IMG/VR virus record: IMGVR_UViG_3300045988_164982
Strand: one strand, 5' to 3'
Origin: a virus
Length of the DNA stretch: 64,000 nt
The notes beneath the pieces are model-generated. The model saw nothing but the letters and a program-made list of their open reading frames with translations, was not told where the DNA came from and did no database searches. Made by a program: the position numbers and the translations under genes. Positions 58,301 through 64,000 of this stretch are shown here, in pieces (within the stretch, counting starts at the first letter, position 1; every line of letters starts with the position of its first letter).

Positions 58301-58329
58301 ATAATGAGAAATAAAAGAATATTCGGACT

Positions 58330-58362
58330 GGAGCACTCCTAAACAGGGGTGCTTTTTCTTTT
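58330..58362 (+). terminator. Intrinsic terminator in the leader of the distal-tail operon
   Basis: The stem GGAGCACTCC...GGGGTGCT is followed by TTTTTCTTTT. It lies 20 nt before the gene start. Confidence 0.5.
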
Positions 58363-58383
58363 ACAAAGAAAGGAGTGATTTTT

Positions 58384-59346
58384 GTGCCTTGTATGGATTT
58401 TTCGACAACGAAACCAATAGAAATTATCACCAAGACACTTGAATTTCTTACTGACAAAACCAAGATGGGAGAGGGCAACGAATGGATATTGAAAAGCCCT
58501 GCTACTATTCCATCATTTGAAGATAAATGCATTATTATGGGGCAGGGTGATGGCTCTGACGAGATTTATATAGGCATAGAGTTGAAAACTCATCAGGTAG
58601 GTACAGCAGACCCAACACAGTTTGATATTCGTTTTAATGGATTTGCTGGTTTTGACGATGGGCTAACATGGGAGGAACAGCCTGGTTGCATCTACCATGA
58701 AACATTGCCTATTATCCCACTAGCACCACAGGCTAAATACTTCTGCTGGGTTACAGCTAATGCTCGCAGGTTTATCCTTGTTGTGCAGGAATCCACACAG
58801 TACGAAGCAGCATACTGTGGCTTTATGACTCCTATTGCAGTCGAAAGACAGTACCCTTATCCGCTGGTTATTTCAGCTAGTGCTGTGGACGGAGAAAAGT
58901 GGAACAGCAGTGCAGACAGTCACTCTAATTTTGTTCACCCTGGTGGAACATCAGCCAGGGAAACAACATTTAGGTTAAGGCGGTCTGATGGTACATGGGA
59001 GAGTGCCCTTAATACTAAAACTAATCAGACTACATCACAGTTAGCAATATGGCCACAAAATACTTCTCCTGTTAATGTACTTACCTGTCTTGACGATTCA
59101 GTGGCTGTTGAGCAGATAGTTATGTTTCCAGAGCTTTTATATGAGTGTGGTGCGGGACCAAATACAAAATCTATTGGCCCGGACCCTATAGGTATTATCG
59201 GTCAGCTGGCAGGGGTGTATTTTGTTGGCAACAGAGAAGATTTGTCAAGTAAAGATACGCTGCTATACAACGGCAAGCCATATATGGTATTCAACAACAT
59301 CGACAGGCGAGAGAACGACCAATATTTTTGTATAGAGTGGTTCTAA
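58384..59346 (+). CDS. Distal tail or baseplate protein, hypothetical
   Basis: Its position is after the TMP. It shares the N-terminal motif FL.D..GW.IL with the next two ORFs. Confidence 0.45.
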   Translation: MPCMDFSTTKPIEIITKTLEFLTDKTKMGEGNEWILKSPATIPSFEDKCIIMGQGDGSDEIYIGIELKTHQVGTADPTQFDIRFNGFAGFDDGLTWEEQPGCIYHETLPIIPLAPQAKYFCWVTANARRFILVVQESTQYEAAYCGFMTPIAVERQYPYPLVISASAVDGEKWNSSADSHSNFVHPGGTSARETTFRLRRSDGTWESALNTKTNQTTSQLAIWPQNTSPVNVLTCLDDSVAVEQIVMFPELLYECGAGPNTKSIGPDPIGIIGQLAGVYFVGNREDLSSKDTLLYNGKPYMVFNNIDRRENDQYFCIEWF

Positions 59347-59360
59347 AGAGGGGGATTCTT

Positions 59361-62312
59361 ATGTCAGAAGAAAGGCACAATAAAATAGTAAAAATCAATC
59401 CCAAGACCTTTAGCACCAAGATGATGTATGATATATTCCTTGATTTTCTTCAAGAGGGAGAAGATGGGTGGGAAGTTGTGCGTAATAAGCCGTGGCCATA
59501 TGGTGCTGTGCTAAAAGTGCCTAACTGGAAAGATGGCGAATACGGCTATGCTGGCATAATGTATGGACAAATTAAGGGTAAAGGCAAGAAACACAGCTAT
59601 ACTGTCAATAAGAAAACCAGCTATGGACAATGGATAACCGAGAGCAAAAACCTGCAGAAATTGGCATACAGCACTATTTTTCCCTCCTATGAAAAAGGCT
59701 ATGAAAAAGAGGATTGGCGTTTTTTTAACGGCAAAATACAAGAATGGGAAACAAGAGAGCAAAGCAGTTCTCAAAAACGCTATAACTTTTCCTATGGGGA
59801 CGGAGTTTTAGAAAACGAAGTATCAGCTGGCGATACTTCCGTCACAGTTATTATGAATACCTTGACACTGACTGGGACTATCAAAAAGGGAACATATATC
59901 ACCATTGGAAACAAAGAAGTAGTTGTCACCAATGATACCTCCAGCTATACCAAAACCTACACAAAGCCTAAAACAGATGCCGAGGGCAATATAGTTACTG
60001 ACAATAATGGCAATCCTATTCTAGTACCGGTAACAAAAAATTGTATAGATATAGAATTTTCTCCAGCATTGAATGCTGACTGCCCTAAAGGTACCACAGT
60101 CAATCTTCCATCCAAAGACAAACAATATATTACGGTTCTGACTGAACGGCATATTGCAACAAACGGCTATTACCAAATACGAGAAGCTGAACATTTCTAT
60201 ACAGATGCCGATGTTATATGGTTCAGTATGTTCAAACAGTATGAGCCGAGCTTTGATTGGAATGAACTGATGGAGAACACACGCAAAAATCCGTGTGCTA
60301 AGAGGCTAGGGTATAGCTGGTATTCTTGGTCTTATCCAGCCTGGGAAACAGAAGCGCCTATTTACCCAGGCGAGGGCTGTCCAGCATTATCATTTTCGGC
60401 AACTGAGTCCAAAACATCATCTAGTGGCAGTAGCCAAGAATATTCGCTAAAAGCAAGTTCTATTCCAAGATATAGTGATTTGCCTGTTGGTGCGATGTAT
60501 GGATATTATTCACTTGTCTTTGGCGATGGGCAGGATTATTCAATGTCAAATTTATATATGACAACGCAGGATTATCCACGACCACGCGAAATTACTTTTG
60601 CAGAAGCACTTGCAAACAACTATGTAAAAAAAGTTACTGTAGTTGAATGGGAAGATGTATTTAATAATCTTTCTAAGTTTAACGATGAATCCCATACGAC
60701 AATTATTGAAAGGAACGGCATATTATATAATGCACACTTTTTCTATTATTCTGGAATAGATAAATACATGACAGACGTCAATGAGGGTTTTTTTTCTTAT
60801 ATAGCTGCTTGCTCTGAAATATGTACTTTAAAGCATGGTGAACGTGACCTCGTTTGTGGGGCACACCTATGGACTGGTTTTTTTTGTAAAGGCGGAATAT
60901 ATTATGAACAACTAGGCAGTACATATGTATATTATTATGCGACAACAGCTTGGTCTTATGCTGATGATAGGGAAAGTAAGACAATAGACGAGGCTGTTGA
61001 TAATGCCTATGCAATTCGATTGGAGTTAAAAAATGCAAAAGATGTTAATGCATTATCTTTAAAAAATAGTGCAATTATTCCCAAAGGACTTTATTATTCA
61101 AAGAAACGCGATAAATACTATTACTTCCATGTAGATAATACATTGGTATTAGGTACTCCTATAAACCAAGACATTGAAACAGCCCTTGATTGTTCAATCA
61201 TGTACTTATCAATAGATAGTAAGGGTACAGTCTTTCGTGCTGTAGAGTCTTCTGGTATTGACTCTGAACCTAATCCTGAACCTAATCCCAATCCTGAACC
61301 TAGCACTAAACCTGACCCAGCTCCCAGTGGCAATAGTATTTTACCAGAATATGTATATCTCTATATGAGCAAAACCAAACATAATGCCAATATAGCTGTG
61401 AATTATCGTGAATGGTGGGACATGGCACAGATAGGCTTCTTTGAGCCTTTTGCCAGTGATTACGAGTATCAGTTTCCAGCTTTGGCAATGTCTTCTAATA
61501 TAGGAGTACGACCTTGCAATCATTTAGTAAGTTATAGTGGTACGCCATATCCATATGATAATATGCTTTTTGATTATACACAAGGCAATAGGTCGTGGGG
61601 ACATTCCATGATAGGATATAGTGCTACCTGGTGGGATGGCACACAAGAGTTTCTTGATAAGCACGCTTGCTCACAAACACAAGCTATGCTGCCTAGTGGC
61701 AAGTGGGAATCGTTCTTTAATTACGCTATAAAGAGTGACTGCTATTACAATTATGTTTATGGCAAGTATGCTCATGGCTTCAAAGAACCTAAAAGGGTTC
61801 AAAGTAAGTATTTTATAACCAATACCATGACACCTAATGTAGAGGAAAATTTCAACGTAATCCCTTATGGCATAGAAACAAATGGTTATCCATTCAATAT
61901 GACATCTTTAGACCTAGAGATAGCTCGTCAGAATAAACAATCATATTCTCTGCTGCCATTTTATCTTGGGACAAATATTGAAGATAACAACGAGCAAAAC
62001 ATGATTTGTGCCGTTCCAGCAATGTATGCGGTGTCAAGGCCTGTCACTAGATATGGATTATATCGAAATCCAACAGATAAGGATGATTTGTTTTTGATTA
62101 TGCCTAATTGCTGGGAAGGTCGTCCTTGGCATTATCAACAGGATGCGGTTTATCTCTATAAAAACAAAAACAAGACAGAAGAAGAGCAACAGGAAGAATA
62201 TGACAAATACCGAGATTGGGGTAAGAATATGAATGTAGCAATGCATATCGGCACGAACACTTCTTTTGAACAGATTGAAGATTATGTTGCTAAGACAAAA
62301 GAATTTGACTAG
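59361..62312 (+). CDS. Large tail protein (tail fiber or tail-associated), hypothetical
   Basis: The ~984-aa protein has the N-terminal motif YDIFLDFLQEGEDGWEVV and an NPEPNPNPEP linker. It is rich in Trp and Tyr. Confidence 0.45.
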   Translation: MSEERHNKIVKINPKTFSTKMMYDIFLDFLQEGEDGWEVVRNKPWPYGAVLKVPNWKDGEYGYAGIMYGQIKGKGKKHSYTVNKKTSYGQWITESKNLQKLAYSTIFPSYEKGYEKEDWRFFNGKIQEWETREQSSSQKRYNFSYGDGVLENEVSAGDTSVTVIMNTLTLTGTIKKGTYITIGNKEVVVTNDTSSYTKTYTKPKTDAEGNIVTDNNGNPILVPVTKNCIDIEFSPALNADCPKGTTVNLPSKDKQYITVLTERHIATNGYYQIREAEHFYTDADVIWFSMFKQYEPSFDWNELMENTRKNPCAKRLGYSWYSWSYPAWETEAPIYPGEGCPALSFSATESKTSSSGSSQEYSLKASSIPRYSDLPVGAMYGYYSLVFGDGQDYSMSNLYMTTQDYPRPREITFAEALANNYVKKVTVVEWEDVFNNLSKFNDESHTTIIERNGILYNAHFFYYSGIDKYMTDVNEGFFSYIAACSEICTLKHGERDLVCGAHLWTGFFCKGGIYYEQLGSTYVYYYATTAWSYADDRESKTIDEAVDNAYAIRLELKNAKDVNALSLKNSAIIPKGLYYSKKRDKYYYFHVDNTLVLGTPINQDIETALDCSIMYLSIDSKGTVFRAVESSGIDSEPNPEPNPNPEPSTKPDPAPSGNSILPEYVYLYMSKTKHNANIAVNYREWWDMAQIGFFEPFASDYEYQFPALAMSSNIGVRPCNHLVSYSGTPYPYDNMLFDYTQGNRSWGHSMIGYSATWWDGTQEFLDKHACSQTQAMLPSGKWESFFNYAIKSDCYYNYVYGKYAHGFKEPKRVQSKYFITNTMTPNVEENFNVIPYGIETNGYPFNMTSLDLEIARQNKQSYSLLPFYLGTNIEDNNEQNMICAVPAMYAVSRPVTRYGLYRNPTDKDDLFLIMPNCWEGRPWHYQQDAVYLYKNKNKTEEEQQEEYDKYRDWGKNMNVAMHIGTNTSFEQIEDYVAKTKEFD

Positions 62313-62327
62313 AGCGAGGTGATATAA

Positions 62328-63470
62328 ATGGCGAATGCAAAATACACCATTACAGGAAACATGAATGATGTATTAGAGAAAATACGAGATTTTTTGACAG
62401 ATAACGGCTGGACTATACTGAATAACTGTACACCAGATACTGCTCCAAATGCTACAGGAGCACCTGATGGCGGTGAAATTCTAGCAGTAAAAATGGACGA
62501 CTGTATAGCTGTTATGCGCTCTGCTATGGGTTTTGCAATATTCCCTAATCAGACAAATCATAATACAACTGCGGCAGCGGCAGGTGCATACGGCATAGGC
62601 TTGACTGGCTGTACTGCTTATACAGCAAATCCACCATCGGGCTATTGGTACGACCAAACCAACCCGCCTCTCAATACGACAAGCAGAGAGGTAATCGGAG
62701 TAGGTGTTGTTTCCTGCCAAGGAGTTAGTGGCACATATGAATTGTTCTGCAACTTTACCACTCAGCCCGCAATCAGTGCCATTTTTACTATCAAAGAAGT
62801 AATTAATAATCAGTACACAGATAAAAAAGATGTTGCTGTTTACCAGCACTTAGCTTTTGGGCTATTACAAAAAGCTGGTAATTGGACAGGCGGTATGTTT
62901 ATTTCTGGCAGTAGAAGCAGTTATAAAATGTTTGTACAGCAGACTACTGTTCCAGATAATATAGATACTGATTCCAATGAGATGTTTGCAATGTCTGCCA
63001 ATCCAAGTTTTTTAGTGCAGGGAGAGGTAGATAGTGCACCATTGCTGGAAAAGCCTATATTATGGTGGAGTGCGGGGCCTGAAAAGGGAGAAATGAGCAC
63101 AGGCAAGATACTTGCTTCTACATTGACCAACCATGAGTATTTAACCTCTGTACCTAAAGTTCCACATTATGGGTACATACAAAGTCAGAATCCTACAGAC
63201 TATGGCAGAAATGTTAATACATTGAACTGCATCAGTGTTAATCTGCCTATAGCGTTGTTTGTACAGCGCGACCCTAATCTGTTGATGAATTTTTCGTTCA
63301 TCGGATATATACCTAATGCATATGCAATCAGTATGAGGTGCCTAGCTCCAGAAAAGATGTATGAAATAAATTACCCTAAGTCTGGCAACCTGCATCAGGT
63401 ATTTCCACACATAATAAAGTACGGAAAACGAGGCTATGATGGCATCTCCATATTGCAGGAAAACACCTAA
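62328..63470 (+). CDS. Tail fiber or receptor-binding candidate, hypothetical
   Basis: It has the N-terminal motif LEKIRDFLTDNGWTIL and a Gly/Thr/Asn-rich composition. Confidence 0.4.
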   Translation: MANAKYTITGNMNDVLEKIRDFLTDNGWTILNNCTPDTAPNATGAPDGGEILAVKMDDCIAVMRSAMGFAIFPNQTNHNTTAAAAGAYGIGLTGCTAYTANPPSGYWYDQTNPPLNTTSREVIGVGVVSCQGVSGTYELFCNFTTQPAISAIFTIKEVINNQYTDKKDVAVYQHLAFGLLQKAGNWTGGMFISGSRSSYKMFVQQTTVPDNIDTDSNEMFAMSANPSFLVQGEVDSAPLLEKPILWWSAGPEKGEMSTGKILASTLTNHEYLTSVPKVPHYGYIQSQNPTDYGRNVNTLNCISVNLPIALFVQRDPNLLMNFSFIGYIPNAYAISMRCLAPEKMYEINYPKSGNLHQVFPHIIKYGKRGYDGISILQENT

Positions 63471-63484
63471 TGAGGTGAAATCTT

Positions 63485-64000
63485 ATGGCTGATGAAAATT
63501 TAAGAGATGGACTTGCCATTGATTTTATAACTCCAAGTTTTAATCCTACAGAAACATCGGTAGTAGGAACAAAGCCGACATATATAAGACTGGCATATAT
63601 CGCAGCGGGTAATGCGGGTTATTCTCGTTATTATGGCGACACGCTGACATGGGAACAGCTCGCCAAAGCAGATTTGAAGTGGGGGCAGTCTACAACCATA
63701 CTGTTCAACACACTGGAAGCAGGGTGGACATATGTTTACAATTGTGTCGAGGAACGATTCACTGTTACGAACAATGAGGACAAAGTGGTTTACGCCATCA
63801 ACACCAACAAAATCAGCGATTTCGGTATTACATGGGAGATTCTTACATCTCATCAGTTTTGGATAGAATACACAGATAGTGCAAGCAATATATGGTTTCT
63901 TATTGGCACAAAAAAGCCAAAGCATAAGCCGTCTGTCAATCCTGATAATCCAGACCCTGATAATCCAGACCCTGATAATCCAGACCCTGATAATCCAGAC
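63485..64000 (+). CDS. Tail fiber protein with a PDNPD repeat linker; the 3' end lies outside the window
   Basis: RBS GAGGTGA precedes the ATG at 63485. The ORF is open to the end of the window. Confidence 0.45.
   Translation, partial: MADENLRDGLAIDFITPSFNPTETSVVGTKPTYIRLAYIAAGNAGYSRYYGDTLTWEQLAKADLKWGQSTTILFNTLEAGWTYVYNCVEERFTVTNNEDKVVYAINTNKISDFGITWEILTSHQFWIEYTDSASNIWFLIGTKKPKHKPSVNPDNPDPDNPDPDNPDPDNPD
63946..64000 (+). repeat. 15-bp tandem repeat (CCTGATAATCCAGAC), at least 3.7 copies, encoding PDNPD
   Basis: The repeat is exact and seen directly. It is cut by the window end. Confidence 0.9.

Noticed and set aside
63500-63925. 141-aa minus-strand ORF at the window end
   Set aside because: It is antisense to a tail-fiber gene that has a good RBS. 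It is Cys-rich and low-complexity.
1-64000. tRNA genes, CRISPR arrays and rRNA
   Set aside because: There are no tRNA-like GTTCGAATC or TTCGA T-loop contexts with matching acceptor stems. No repeat-spacer arrays were noticed by eye. A systematic tRNAscan or CRISPR finder run was not possible.

Overview
The window is a prophage of siphovirus type in a low-GC Firmicutes-like genome. The first ~2.5 kb is a remnant of a related phage element. That remnant carries three paralogs of a small early-gene family, two small Cys-rich ORFs and the C-terminal third of a C5-cytosine methyltransferase. It ends at a bidirectional terminator and a repeat-rich att-like region. The main prophage starts at a tyrosine integrase (2815-3864, minus). 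Next come a cI-like repressor and a Cro-like gene with shared palindromic operators. A recombination and replication block follows: Rad50/SbcC-like ATPase with CxxC hook, RecT, MBL-fold hydrolase, two more early-family paralogs, HNH protein, DnaD-like initiator with internal iterons, DnaC-like loader and SSB. The early block then continues with DUF1064, a second SMC-like ATPase, an AP2 protein and an ArpU-like late regulator. An IS200/IS605-type TnpB element (about 19.8-21.2 kb) sits between that block and a P22 immI-like antirepressor locus. From about 25.3 to 31.9 kb a reverse-strand accessory island is present. It encodes a GGCT/AIG2-like cyclotransferase, a GCS2-type amidoligase, a RadC-like JAB protein and ArdA, with conserved cassette-junction repeats between the genes. 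Next to it lie a roughly 450 bp GC-rich structured ORF-free segment, a tandem-RHH gene with a large secreted protein, and a Panacea(GepA)-MazF-like toxin-antitoxin pair. The late region runs from 38.4 kb to the window end. It holds a ParB-fused DNA methyltransferase, TerS and TerL, portal, head proteins, major tail protein, a G/G-T frameshift chaperone and a 2170-aa tape measure protein. Three related distal tail proteins follow, and the last visible ORF is incomplete. Bro/Rha antirepressor-like morons interrupt the late region on the reverse strand. Both late blocks are preceded by a promoter followed by an intrinsic terminator. No tRNA genes or CRISPR arrays were seen.
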